A stretch of 62,416 nt of DNA, counting the filler, from Collodictyon triciliatum (Eukaryota): the NCBI GenBank assembly GCA_043381765.1. It is 5 parts of 5 records of this genome, joined end to end, with 100 filler letters (N's around TTAATTAATTAA, not from the genome) between each part and the next. Parts side by side here need not be neighbours in the genome. Positions count along the whole stretch, not along the records: positions 1 to 8,808 come from JBHJMP010000384.1; positions 8,909 to 16,630 come from JBHJMP010000386.1; 3 more parts are not named here. One strand, 5' to 3'. The translations under genes and the position numbers were made by a program. Shown piece after piece: positions 1 through 12,165 of the stretch (the stretch's first letter is position 1; each line of letters begins with the position of its first letter). Under the pieces are notes generated by a model. The model searched no databases. It saw only the letters and a program-made list of their open reading frames with translations, and was not told where the DNA came from.

Positions 1-70
1 GTTTCTACTGTGTTTCTACTGTGTTTCTACTGTGTTTGCACTGTGTTTCTACTGTGTTTCTGCAGTGCTT
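1..70. repeat. 11-bp tandem repeat (GTTTCTACTGT)n, degenerate
   Basis: Unit gtttctactgt repeated about 6 times with variants at the window start. Confidence 0.85.
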
Positions 71-129
71 ATGTAGCCTTTATGTAGTGTTTATACTGTG
101 CTTATGGATTATTTTTTTTTGGGAGAGCG

Positions 130-499
130 TGTGTGCGCCTCTATTCGAAGGCCATCTGACCCACATCTAAACGATTCGTGCAGCCGTGACTGCCCCTCTC
201 TATTTTCCTTGGGCATTTTTTTCGGGAATGGGAAGCACTGGCGTGCTGTGACCAGCAACGAAGGTGTGGGTTGCGCGTCAGACAGTCTTCCTAAAGCCTG
301 CATTCGGCTGGGATGTGAAAAAGGCCCGAGAACGTCACTCCCGCAATGAAGCAGAACAGCAGGAGCGCACGATTAAAGAACCAGCGCGAGAGATAAGGAA
401 AACGAAAACCAAGGGAGAAAAAGGAGCGTCCTGGGCAAGGGCTGACAGAGAATCCCTTGCCATCAAGTGCCTTCCTTCGCTGTACCAGGCCAACATCAT
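130..499 (-). CDS. Possible 5' exons of an unidentified minus-strand gene running off the window start
   Basis: An ATG near 499 (MLAWYSEGRHLMARDSL) can splice in frame (GT..CAG) to ORF 109..303 (RMQALGRLSDAQ...). No recognisable motif. Confidence 0.25.
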
Positions 500-732
500 T
501 TAGATTGCACTGCAACTCGCCCGGCATCATCCGACAAGCCCAAAAAAAAAAAGGGTCTGTGACACACAACTCTTTCTCTCTCTCTCTCTTATCTCTTTTC
601 TTTTCTTTTTCCCCATGGCACATACCCATGTTCGCTTGCTGCACAAATTCTCCGTCACATATGTGCAGATGGCCGTGAAGTGCGGTTTATGATTCGTGGG
701 GTGACAGGCTGGACTCTGTCAGCAGAGGGAGC

Positions 733-3700
733 TCAGCAACCCGAGTTTTGGACTTGGAATTCTGGGCAGAACGGGTCGGCTCCGTACACCCCACGTCCAC
801 GCGGGTCTCCGCAGACGCGAGCGATTTCACAAATCGTATTGCTTAGGAAATGGCAGGACGCCACACCGAGCTCGCAATTGATTTGTTGGGCCAAAATCCC
901 TTGCAGGTCCACCTTGGGGACTACATCCTATCAAGCGCGACCAAAGAGCAATTCACTCAAAGGCAGAAGCAAAATCCATTGACTGCTCACAAAACATAAA
1001 GATAGGAGGGTAAAGAAATGTGTCTGCACAGAGCCAAAGTTTTTTTCCGTGGAAGGATAAAGTGGGGGGGGGGGGGGGAAAACCTTTTCGGGGAGGGAGT
1101 TTCGGNNNNNNNNNNNNNNNNNNNNNNNNNNNNNNNNNNNNNNNNNNNNNNNNNNNNNNNNNNNNNNNNNNNNNNNNNNNNNNNNNNNNNNNNNNNNNNN
1201 NNNNNAAAAAGGGGGGGGGGAAAAAGAGTTTGTAGGAGAGGGGGATATTTTTTTTCGTGGGGGAGAAAGGGGGGGGGGGGGGGGGGGAACAACCTTTTCA
1301 GGGACGATGTTCATGGCGTACTTGTGAATGTCCTTTTCTGGGAGTTTGTTGAACTTTAGTCGAGACATTACGATACCAGGTCCCGAGAAGGCTATGGCTG
1401 GGACCTTGTTGGCAACACCAGCAATCTGAGCAATACCACCACCCAAACTGTGCCCTGTTACCACAACCTAACAAGAATACCCAATCAATTATACATAACT
1501 GTTAGAACAACACATTTACTGCATGACTTTGATTGAGTAGACTATGATCGGTCGAGCTTCAGGAACCTTCTTTCGCTTCGGGATAATTTCGGCTACGTAA
1601 TCCTGGACCTCTTGATAATAACGGCGGTTTTCGTAGTCATCATCCGACATCGTCAGAATCTCATCCAATTTCGATAAGGAGTAGATAAAGACCTCGGTAA
1701 TCTAACGAGATAATTAGAATCAAAGAAATCATACAACTTTGCGATGCGGCCCTTCCGCAAGCTACTAAAGAGTTAGAGAAGTAATAAAACTTATCATAGC
1801 TCGTAAAAATATTCTTTCAACAACATTTTAGGCCCATTACCCTCTGTGGCCACAAATACAGGAAGGGAACGACAGTTCGAATACCCTGAAACAGTGATGC
1901 CTCGATCCAGATATCAGCATCTTGGACCCAATCAAAGGGGAGAGTGGTTCCTTTTAAAGTAAAATATTTGAGAACATATATTGCTATAAGACTATTTCGC
2001 AATCAACCCTCTTACAGCTCATTACTTTATTACGCGGTGCGACCAATTCAAATTACCTCTCACAGAAACTATGCTGAAGTTCTGGGCTTCGTTGTAGAAA
2101 TCGTAGTAGTAAACCTGATTGCTCTCGTCAGTTGGATATTTTCGAACAACAAACTGCCCATCTGTCCAGGTATCAATCGCTTGTGTTGCATTTTCTTTGG
2201 CTATGTAAGCAATCTACAGAGTTTGTTAAAGCAAAAAGGATAAGTTTGATTCTCTTCCTATTTTTAATCTAGTGCCTTTGTGTCAGCTCCTTTCTACCGT
2301 ATCGTTTAGTCTCTCATTTAAATGTCTGTTTTTTTTTTTTTTTTTGCTTTTTAAAATTTATTTGTATTTTTTTAAAAAAAAAATTGCAACGTAGCTAAAA
2401 TCATCTTTGAAGAAGAAAAAAAGGAGGGTACAATCTATACCTTGGCGATGTATGCATAGTCCAATACAGACAATCCCTCGTAGGTTTCTTTACAGAACGG
2501 ATAATTAATTACCTATTCAATAACGAATTCTTTTAAGAACGAAACAAATAGTATCTTTTAAGGAGGTAAAATGATACATTACCCCAGCTTCACTTCTGGG
2601 TGGGAAATCATAACACCCATTCGGGGATGGGTAGAACGTGTTGACCTAATCAAATATGCAATAAAAAAAAGGATTAAAAATACATAATTTTAATAGTATT
2701 TATTTCTATCAAATTAAAAAGAAGTTAAACCAAGAATCATAGACAGTTTAAATAAATCTCTCATACTGTTTTCAGAACGAAATAACATATTACACTGTCA
2801 CTCAATTGCACTGCAGCCATGATAACAAAAAGTGTAGCAACCACGATGAATCCGACCCAAATAACTATACCCAAACGCGTATTTAAGAAAGAAAAGTAAA
2901 AAAAATTAGATAAAATCGCTATTTTTTTCCTTTATTCGATTCAAAGAGATAAAATCGCTATTATTAAATATTTCATATTAATGTAGAATTTCGGTATAAT
3001 TTAGTATCTCATCGAGATATTCATGATTTGAGTATGCTATCAGAGGACGGACGTACGAATGAGCCCTCGGCGAGACTCCTCCGAGCGAAGAAGCTCAATC
3101 ACCACATTATAGGGAAAAGAAAGGTCAGTGTCTGTTTTCTCAGATGTCGGGAGTGGGATGCTTCGGTCTGTTCGGTACACTCTCTTCAAAAAATCGCCGT
3201 GATTTCCTGTGGTGGACTGTGTTTGACGAAAAATGTTACATTAGTTTCGGAACTGAAATGAAGCGAGACTAGGCCTATTGACAAAACAACAATAGCTATG
3301 ACTTCATCATTACCATCTGTTTATCATCCTCGTTGATGGAATGAGAAAGGAGGCGTCTTTCAGACTTGTAGTTTGGTAAACTGAAATTGAATCCTCTCTC
3401 CGTTGTCTTCCTATCCTCATCAGTGGCCACGTCAAAGTAGCAAAACTAAGAAACAGAAATGCAGTTTATTTGGAGGGGAAGCTTAGAACATACGTTATCA
3501 TTGAAGTCAATAGCCTTTTCCTACATCTAGGATGGTCTCCAGGCGCGATTTTGGCTTTATGTCAAGATCGACTTCCCTCTCCGTAGAAGATTCATATCCA
3601 ACATCGGCGTCGCCAGTTTCGTGTTCCTTATTCTTATATGACTATGAAGGGTATTGCAGAGCGAAGGATTTCAAATTTGATGGCGAGGCAGAAAAGGAAG

Positions 3701-5114
3701 AGGAATGGGCAAAGAAAAAAAATTCTGATAGGACTGAGATTTGGCTATGTGTACATGCGAAGGAATGAAACCTTAGGTTCTCGAGGTATGATGGACACAA
3801 ACTTCAAGAACAAGAGAATAGTCGTAAATATGAGATTGGACACCCCCCAAGAAATAGAGACTGCAAATGAGTATATCATCGCGACGATGAAGATGACAAC
3901 AACACTGATGGACAGACTAGTGACACTGTCGCGTGATAAAAAAAAAAAAAAAGGAAAGGGAAACACCCAATTAATCACTATAATCCCCAGAGTTTGGAGG
4001 GAAATTTCCATTTAAAAGATATACAAAGTCTTTCCATCAGTTAGATCAAAGAAAATAAAACAAATCCTCATCTATAAGAAATTCATCAAGAATATACATT
4101 ATAAAATTACATCTACTCACATGAACGTGCGGTACTTCTTTTTGAGGAAATTTCTTTGGCCTTTCTTCAAATTTTGCATAAAGATATGGAACGTGATAGC
4201 AAGGAGAAATACAATCAAGGCGAATGTACCCAACCCACCATTAACGGACCAAAACAGGAGAATTACAGCGATCTAAATAGCAAGAAAAGCAAAATGGTCG
4301 TCAGTTATTTGCCTCTTTTAAAAAATAATTAGAAAAATGATAAAATATCATACAAGTATATTGATTTGAGTAAAGATGATATATGCACGGTTTACCCCCA
4401 AAAGAAACTGGGTGAGATGAAGCAGTCTTTTGAGCAGCGAAATCTCAAATATGAAAATGCGAGCATATAGGAACCCGATATGACTAATCGATGCAAAGAA
4501 GAAGAAAAACATAGAACCCCATAAAATGCCAGAGTTCAAAAACCCAGCCGTCCCAGGTACGATGAGCATAAAGATCATCGGGCAAATGAAGTATCCAATA
4601 GCAATGAAGATGTGAAATGGGATATCTTTCTTCAGAAGGCTGAAATATCTCAATTGCTCGGTCTTCTCATAAGAGTTGAAGGTGACGGAGTAGAAAATAA
4701 AGTTAAAGAACCATCCGTCATATACTCGGTGAGAGTTCTTGCCTTCCAGGGAGATTGGGAAAACAATGTAGTAAACGTATCTCTTTGCACAATTCCAGGC
4801 ATATCTATGAAAGTGTGAGTTTTTTTTTTTTAGGAATATTACAGTAAGCTTGTCGATTTATGAAGTGCTATTCAAATCCCGCCTTTAGGCGCGTTACAGT
4901 ACTGATGATGATGGTGATGGTGTTAGAAGAGTTCATGATATTTGATAGTGTGTAATATGGTTATGTTGGCATGTGCTCACTGGACGGTTCTCATCTCCAA
5001 TTTGTTTTTGATCTTCTCATGAATGATGAAGGAGGACTTTGCTCTGGCATAAAGTTGCTTCAAAAAGAAGATGGCAAAAATACACAAGCTAGAGGGGATG
5101 CTTATCTGCAATCG

Positions 5115-5200
<86 letters not shown>

Positions 5201-6917
5201 TGGGCAATAGGTTACTGAATATGATCGTTCTTGAATAAAAAAAAAGACACAAAAGGTATTAAGATAAACAATATCTCAGAAAAATAAATAAGAAAATTAG
5301 TTCAAATACATAACCTACGTAATGGGACATCACATAACCCTCTACAATGTCTTCTGTTAGGGAAACACAAATGAATGTCATCGCTGGAAGGATGAACAAG
5401 AGAACATGCAGAGTCAGCTGGTAAAGTGAGCGAAGCCAGTTCGAACCTTGGTTCGGGTTAAAGTCCCCTGTTGACCATAACAACATATTGTTAAAAAAAA
5501 AATGTTAAGAGAAATACGTATTCTGGTCATGCCTATTTCTTTCCGTACTGGATTATTTATTGTGCTCATCATTATAAGAAAAGAATAACACGTAAATAAA
5601 TGTTTCGGAAGTATACCCAGAAAGTACGTAAAGTCCATGAACGTGTCTAGAAACATGTACCAAGCGGAAATCTGGAGTGTAATTGCCAAGTAGAGAATCA
5701 CAGAGATGGTGTAAAGGCTGACAAACACAGCGAATCTGATAGAGAAGATTGGTTAGTGGCAATCCAGAATGATGACTTGTCTATTTCACTATTTTAGTAG
5801 CAGAAATACGAAGCTAGCTAGTGTACGGTAATAATTGGAGTTTTTTTCCTTTAAAAATTAAGTAAAACGAAAACGAACGATGCGTTTCCTCCGTCACGAA
5901 TAGTCGGAAGCATAGTTCCGTAAATGACTTGTAATATGGCCTTATCAAATAAAAAAAATTTTAGATGACAGCAATTATTTGCCAAGGAAGATATTACAAG
6001 ATTAAAACTAACAATATCGTAGAAACAAATAATGGCCTCAAAACGAGACAAACTTTGAAGCTCATAGCGTTGAGACAAAGGAAGCTCATGAAGATGTTGT
6101 ATGCATAAAATATGCGAAGAAACATCATCATCTTGGGCACACGATTTTTGGCATCAATCCTAATTTCTTGCTAGAAGTTGGGAGATGTGAGTGAATTAAT
6201 TGATCAGATAAATCATTGCTCATGGTCAACTTACCCGATTCGCCTCAATAGTCACGGTAGACAATGACAGTGGCAATTGAAAAGTATCTCTTTGATATTT
6301 AATTAGTAAATATAAACATAGCCATGATAGAGGGGACTCCAACAATAGTAAAAAGAAAAAAAACGAGCCCTGCACGATTAACTGGGAATTATTTTCCGCT
6401 CGATGTTTCTTCATATCTCTGCTCGCACCACCGTGATAGAATAGAATAAAAAAAATTACTTTTGGGCGCACGGCTGTAAGTCGCTGACTGAGTTTTCCCC
6501 AACATATATGAAGAGACTTGACAACGGCTCCGTTTCGCGCGAAACGCTCGCGGAAGGGTCATCCTTGTGGTTTGAACCGGATCCAAGGTGGGTCGGGACG
6601 CTTTCCGTCTCAGTTGACTCGACAGGCGCAGTCTCCCGGATGGGCTGCGATGCATGCTCGGAAACTGGTATTTGTGCAAAGGATATTTGCGGCAGCGGTC
6701 AGAGGTGACATGTCCAGGGCTATACTCGTTCGGAGAATGACGGAGACGAGCTTATCGACCCGTTAGATAAAGAGATAAAGAGGCAAAGAGGCGGGGAGGC
6801 AGAGGTAGTATAGAAAAAGGGCAAAAGAAGAAAACGAGGGAATCACGAGCAGGAAAGCAATCGGACACAAGTCAAACCTCCAGCGCCCACGTCGTCCGCG
6901 GGTTCGACAAGGCTCAT
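733..6917 (-). CDS. Multi-exon class 3 lipase (Lipase_3) with a large N-terminal multi-pass transmembrane region
   Basis: Nucleophile elbow VTGHSLGGGIAQ (about 1430-1464); lid-region KGTTLPFDWVQDADIW (about 1900-1955); last exon 733-927 DVVPKVD...SCHF...GC* supplies the Asp and His. Many hydrophobic exons at 2770-5750. The start ATG at 6917 (MSLVEPADDVG) is inferred. Confidence 0.8.
2908..2962 (-). mobile_element. 23-nt AATAAA/A-tailed micro-insertion with a 16-bp target-site duplication (intronic)
   Basis: Perfect direct repeat AGATAAAATCGCTATT at 2908-2923 and 2947-2962; the insert on the minus strand reads CTTTGAATCGAATAAAGGAAAAA. Confidence 0.65.
5115..5200. repeat. (ATA)n microsatellite in a lipase intron
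   Basis: Direct observation. Confidence 0.95.
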
Positions 6918-7408
6918 CCTGCTCAGCGGCAAAGAAAACAGGTTGCAACAGTCAATGTTAAGTGTGCGGAGATCATTTCTTAGGAGCGTGCTGCCCCAAA
7001 GACAGAGAACAGCGAGTCACGAGACCGCTGTGAAATGGCCGGGTTCTTCGGCAGCGGGAGAAATGTCCCAGACAGTGCGGCTTCGACTGGGGGGCGTACG
7101 GGGCGTCCAATGATCAGGAGGGAGGTGACAGTCATGATAGCTTTTGATCAGGCACAATACGACGCGCCACGGCCTGCGCCTTTAAGCAGCGCCCAAGCCT
7201 GTCACCCACAACGCCGACTCCATCCATAAAAGTCGCTGGATTCACCTCGATTGAGTTGTTTGCTGGTACGTTTATGTATATGGTGGTGTGGTGAAAGGGG
7301 CCATATGCGGACAATGTTCTGTGGTCATCCCAGCTCATTGTGGGCCTTGTGGACATATGGACCCTATAAATTTTTATTCCACTTTAAGTGTGTTCAAATC
7401 TGGAGAGC

Positions 7409-8703
7409 TCAGGTAGTAAGGGAACAGAAGGTGCTGGCTCGCAATTCCGGACATCTGTGGGTGCGCAACGAAGCACAGGCCAAAGAGAGCGTGAGCAAGT
7501 TGATGGGTGAATGTAGCGGTTGTTTGATATGACAATCGGGAGCCTGCAATTATAATCATAATTTGATGTAAAGCCATACAGGATTTCCTTTGACCTCAAC
7601 CAACTCCAGGCCTCCCATATGTGTGAGGAAAATAGGAAGGGTCGGTATCTGGTTTAGTTTGCGTCAAGAGCAGGTCGGTGGAGATACGAAATGGTGTTAT
7701 CGACAGATTATGAGAAAGATATATAAAGGAGAATCATGGAATAGTGCAGTGGCATACATTAGGATCATGTGTTTCAATTGTCACAATAAAAAAAACCTTG
7801 TTTTTTTGGAGCCCCAAGATACGAAGTTTCTGAAGGCAGCTCACTTCCGATGGTATTTCGGTAATCTGTTTTTAGGGTTTAAACCATATTATTAATTTGT
7901 TTCAATCTCCGGAAAGACACAACACATTTGCATTACTTCATAGTGAATATAAAAAAAAGACGCATGTTACTAGAATAAGATAAGCACATGATTTCCTCCG
8001 ATGCGACTTCCGAGAAGCAAAATTTGTAGGTTACTGAGACGACCGACACTTTCTGGAATGTGGGATATCTAATTTTTGCGCAAAGATGTCTTTTTGGTTT
8101 ATGGCATTATTTGAGAATAATTACCTAAAAATGATGGGTTTACCTTATTTTTGCTAAAATTCAACTCAGTTAGTGATGACATGCCACCGAGTGACAGAGG
8201 AATCGATGCTATCTACATAATTTTGTATTCAGCAGAATAGAGAGGCCCAAATAGAAAAAAGCATTTGATAATAAGACACTTTTTAAAACTGAAAAAAAGG
8301 AAAGAATTCATCACATAATAATAATAATAATAATCATACAATTTGTTTATTTATACCTCATTTCCAGTGGTGTTGAGGGAGATTAATTTGGTTAAATCTC
8401 CAATGGAGAAAGGTAGCTCTGTAATCTGAAACATAGGTAGTATAGATTGTTACAAAAAAATGAATTACCGTTTAGTTTTGTTTTTATTATCATTTGCTTT
8501 CATGCTGAATTTTATACAGCTTCAATTTTTTTATTTATCGCTCCCTTTATAGTCTTTATTTTCTTCATATGATTTCATATTTTTACTAATTTGCCCAATT
8601 ATTTAATAAATATTTGTCAATCAAAAGACTTTACATTGTTCCATTGAAGGTCAAGGGAGATCAAATTTGTGAGGGCTCCGATATTTTCTGGCAACTTCGA
8701 CAG
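7409..8703 (-). CDS. Leucine-rich-repeat protein, 3' part (5' end cut by the scaffold end)
   Basis: GT-AG exons: 8635-8703 LSKLPENIGALTNLISLDLQWNN; 8357-8425 ITELPFSIGDLTKLISLNTTGNE; 8144-8212 IASIPLSLGGMSSLTELNFSKNK; 7988-8068 ISHIPESVGRLSNLQILLLGSRIGGNH; 7797-7865 ITEIPSEVSCLQKLRILGLQKNK; 7580-7648 IPTLPIFLTHMGGLELVEVKGNP; terminal exon 7409-7543. Each matches the LxxLPxxIxxLxxLxxLxLxxN consensus. Confidence 0.9.
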
Positions 8704-8710
8704 CTACTCA

Positions 8711-8808
8711 GTTGTTTGTTTGTTTGTTTGTTTGTTTGTTTGTTTGTTTGTTTGTTTGTTTGTTTGTTTGTTTGTTTGTTTGTTTGTTTGTTTGTTTGTT
8801 TGTTTGTT
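8711..8808. repeat. (TTTG)n microsatellite at the scaffold end
   Basis: Direct observation. Confidence 0.95.
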
Positions 8809-8908
8809 NNNNNNNNNNNNNNNNNNNNNNNNNNNNNNNNNNNNNNNNNNNNTTAATTAATTAANNNNNNNNNNNNNNNNNNNNNNNNNNNNNNNNNNNN
8901 NNNNNNNN
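8809..8908. other. Artificial scaffold-joining linker (44 N + TTAATTAATTAA + 44 N)
   Basis: Six-frame stop 12-mer at 8853-8864 inside Ns; the same 12-mer recurs four times. Confidence 0.95.
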
Positions 8909-9166
8909 GTCGTTGGACTCGACAATGCGGAGAACTGCGCCGCCCGACAAGGGCTCGTTGATTTGGAAGGGGCCGATGAAGTAGCCTTTGGTGTCGTTCA
9001 TGCGGCCACGCATGTATGGGTCCACAGAGACGGCGACAAGCTCGGCAAGGACGCTGCCTGCTGGGACTGGGCTGGCTGGCTCGGGCACCGTGCCGATGCG
9101 GAAGTTGTCTGCGCTCATGTGAGGGCTTGGGCGGCTTTGCAGAAGGACGGCTGTGTTTGTGCTCAT
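8909..9166 (-). CDS. NADP-dependent oxidoreductase, prostaglandin reductase/YncB(CurA)-type MDR family; N-terminal fragment truncated by the scaffold end
   Basis: MSTNTAVLLQSRP...DNFRI...GSVLAELVAVSVDPYMRGRMND...GPFQINEPLSGGAVLRIVES; SVDPYMRGRM is the PTGR1/YncB signature. Confidence 0.88.
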
Positions 9167-9770
9167 TGTGGCTCGCGGGTCTTGTTGGCGGCTTTTTGGC
9201 TACTGCGGGGGACAAGTAGCTGGTTAGTCAGGTCGGTCAGAGAGGTCTTGTGTTGTCTTCTCTCTCTCTCTCTTTCTCTCTCTCCCTCTTTTCGCTAGTT
9301 GGTGTTCGATCCCAGAAGGCGTCGTTTGGTTCGTGACTTGCTGTGTGGCTGATCCTGTGCTGGCTGATAAATACGGGATCGGCTAAGTGGGAAAGAATAC
9401 TTCGTGACAGGGAAAGGCTCGGCCCCGCTTTATATGTGGGTTGGGCTGCTCCGATTAGAATGTTCTTCCAAGGCAAGAAGCCCGCTCTCGGCGGCTTCTA
9501 GAGGGTTCCCTGTCAAATCTGGTGCTGTTGTGCGCGTGTGTGGGCAATTCTGCCGGCTGATTGTGCGAACATGTTGGATTTACGCGCTCCTCTTCGTTTT
9601 CTTTTTTTTTTAAGATTTTTTTTCTAGGGTGCGCGTATCTATACTAAAAGTTATATTTTTCTGGCGTTTCTTTTATTGAGCGTGATGGTGGTCTTGTCGA
9701 TATCTTGACTTCTCTTTCCTCCCTTTCTCTTTACCCTTCGAGGTTTTTTCTCTTTTTTGTGGTTGGGTTG

Positions 9771-11879
9771 TTATTCGGCAGCTTTGCCGACGACGCGTTC
9801 GAGAATCTTCGAGAGGCTTTCGTTGTAGCGCTTGGCATTCGCATCCACGCCGGCAGTCAAGCATGCGCCAACATATAACTATGCAAGCAAAGGGGTGCAG
9901 GGTGAGGAATGAGGATTCCGGATTTGCTTGTGATGGTGATGGTGGTGGTGATGGTGGTGGTGATGGTGGTGGTGATGGTGGTGGTGATGGTGGTGGTGAT
10001 GGTGGTGGCAGACTTGTTCCATCAATGCATTTGCGGCCTCCGAATCCTTCTCTCGCAGGGCATCGAGCTGGCGGATGACAGGGCTGTTTGTGTTGACTTG
10101 CAAGGTGTACGTGTCCTTGGAGTTCTGGTTTTGTTTTTGTTTTTAGTGCAGCCTCACAAATATTCCATCGCCAATACAATCGTTCGTGTAGTAGGAGTGC
10201 CAGTGTTTGTAGTCACCGGTTAATGGTAAATCGTGCGAGTAGAGGCGATGATAGGTGGGTTAAATGAAGAAAACGTGGGAAAAGAAAAACAGAGAGGAGA
10301 TATGGGTGGTTTGTGTGCTATGGAGTCATTACCGGGTCAACGCGAAGGCGATATTGACGCATCATAGAGTTTTCTTGGTCGACAATGAGCATCGGTGTTT
10401 TCACACCAAGGGCACGAACCTGGTTCATATTCAAGTTTATTATGATGGATGACAGTGTACATAGGAAAGAGGCAAATAGAGATGATAAAGGGAGATTTCT
10501 CTCAGGAGGATTCAATACACGCTTTTGGTTCAACTCTGAATTTTAAAAATATGCTTTCTCTCTCCCTCATGGCTTTCCTTCAAAAAGTTGGGGGGGGGGG
10601 GGGGGGGGGGGGGGGGGATTTTGAACATATCGCACGTAAATAAAATAAGTAAATAATCAGAGTTACCCGTCTTAATGATTTCTAAGGGTCTGTCAATCCA
10701 AGGAATGGAGTTGATTCCGTAAACATCTCCTGGTCTTATTATTATGACATCAAATTTTCCTATTGGGGAAAAATGAAAAAGGAACGCAGGATACAAAAAA
10801 AAAAAANNNNNNNNNNNNNNNNNNNNNNNNNNNNNNNNNNNNNNNNNNNNNNNNNNNNNNNNNNNNNNNNNNNNNNNNNNNNNNNNNNNNNNNNNNNNNN
10901 NNNNNNAGAAGGAATTAAATGACCTTTTTTGTGTCCCCTCACTGTTAAAAATTTCATTGCTCTTCCCCCCTGGGGTCTGTCTGAAGAAAGGGGGGGGGGG
11001 GGGGGGGGGACCTGGACTGAGGGAATATCCGAAGGAAGGGTGGCTTTAGCCCAGGCTTCGAACCCAGCGGAGAGGGGAATCTCAGAAGATTGAGATGTGA
11101 CCTTAAGCAAGGCTTCGCTGCTGGCGATGTTAAGCTGAAATGTTTTTTGGGGTTTTTTTTTTAATCACAAAGTGGATAAGTTGCCTTCCCATTATATCGA
11201 TTGTTTCCATATGGTGTTTCTTACTAATCTCTTGTTTTCATATTTGGCAAGGTACTCCATTCCAATCTCCTCGTCGATGGTGGATAGAATCAGCACCTGA
11301 TGATTGTTTGTGTTTCGGCTTTTTCATTTGCGTGTATGTATGAAAAAGGCATTTGCAAGCACAGAGATATATGCAATTTTGACGCGCTGGTCCCCAGCAA
11401 TAAAACAATACTCAAAGTAATGTAAAGGTATGTTTTTGTCTAAATACCTCAAGATTCTTTTCCTTGTAGTTTTCGATGTAAGCGGACTCCATGGCAGCAT
11501 CAAATGAGGGTGAGTTGAGGTAATATATGAATTCCTGGTAAAAGATAAATTTCATAGGATAAATTAGATTTTTACTTCCATGAAGGTTATCAAATGGGAA
11601 AAAGGTTATCGAACAATCGGTTCGGAACAGCGGGTGAGTCGAATGCACTGGATGTAGTTTCAATCAGTAACCTGGTCGGATTTCATGCGAGCGACATAAT
11701 CGTCCAGAGAAATGTGCTTTCCTTTCTCGTTAGTAGACTGCAAACGGACTAACTTGGCAATGTTGGACTATGAAATTATAGATAAATGGATTAATAGAAG
11801 TTAGGATAATGCCTGGTGACAGAGACCAAATCTTGGAACAACAGCGTCAATGCGAAAAAGGAAAACATTTGGCTCTTTA

Positions 11880-11973
<94 letters not shown>

Positions 11974-12073
11974 NNNNNNNNNNNNNNNNNNNNNNNNNNN
12001 NNNNNNNNNNNNNNNNNNNNNNNNNNNNNNNNNNNNNNNNNNNNNNNNNNNNNNNNNNNNNNNNNNNNNNNNN

Positions 12074-12165
<92 letters not shown>

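Noticed and set aside
1040-1300. Apparent duplicated lipase exon end (…LPEKV / …VPEKV) on both sides of the gap
   Set aside because: It lies beside poly-G runs and an N gap and looks like error-rich read ends, not a real duplication.
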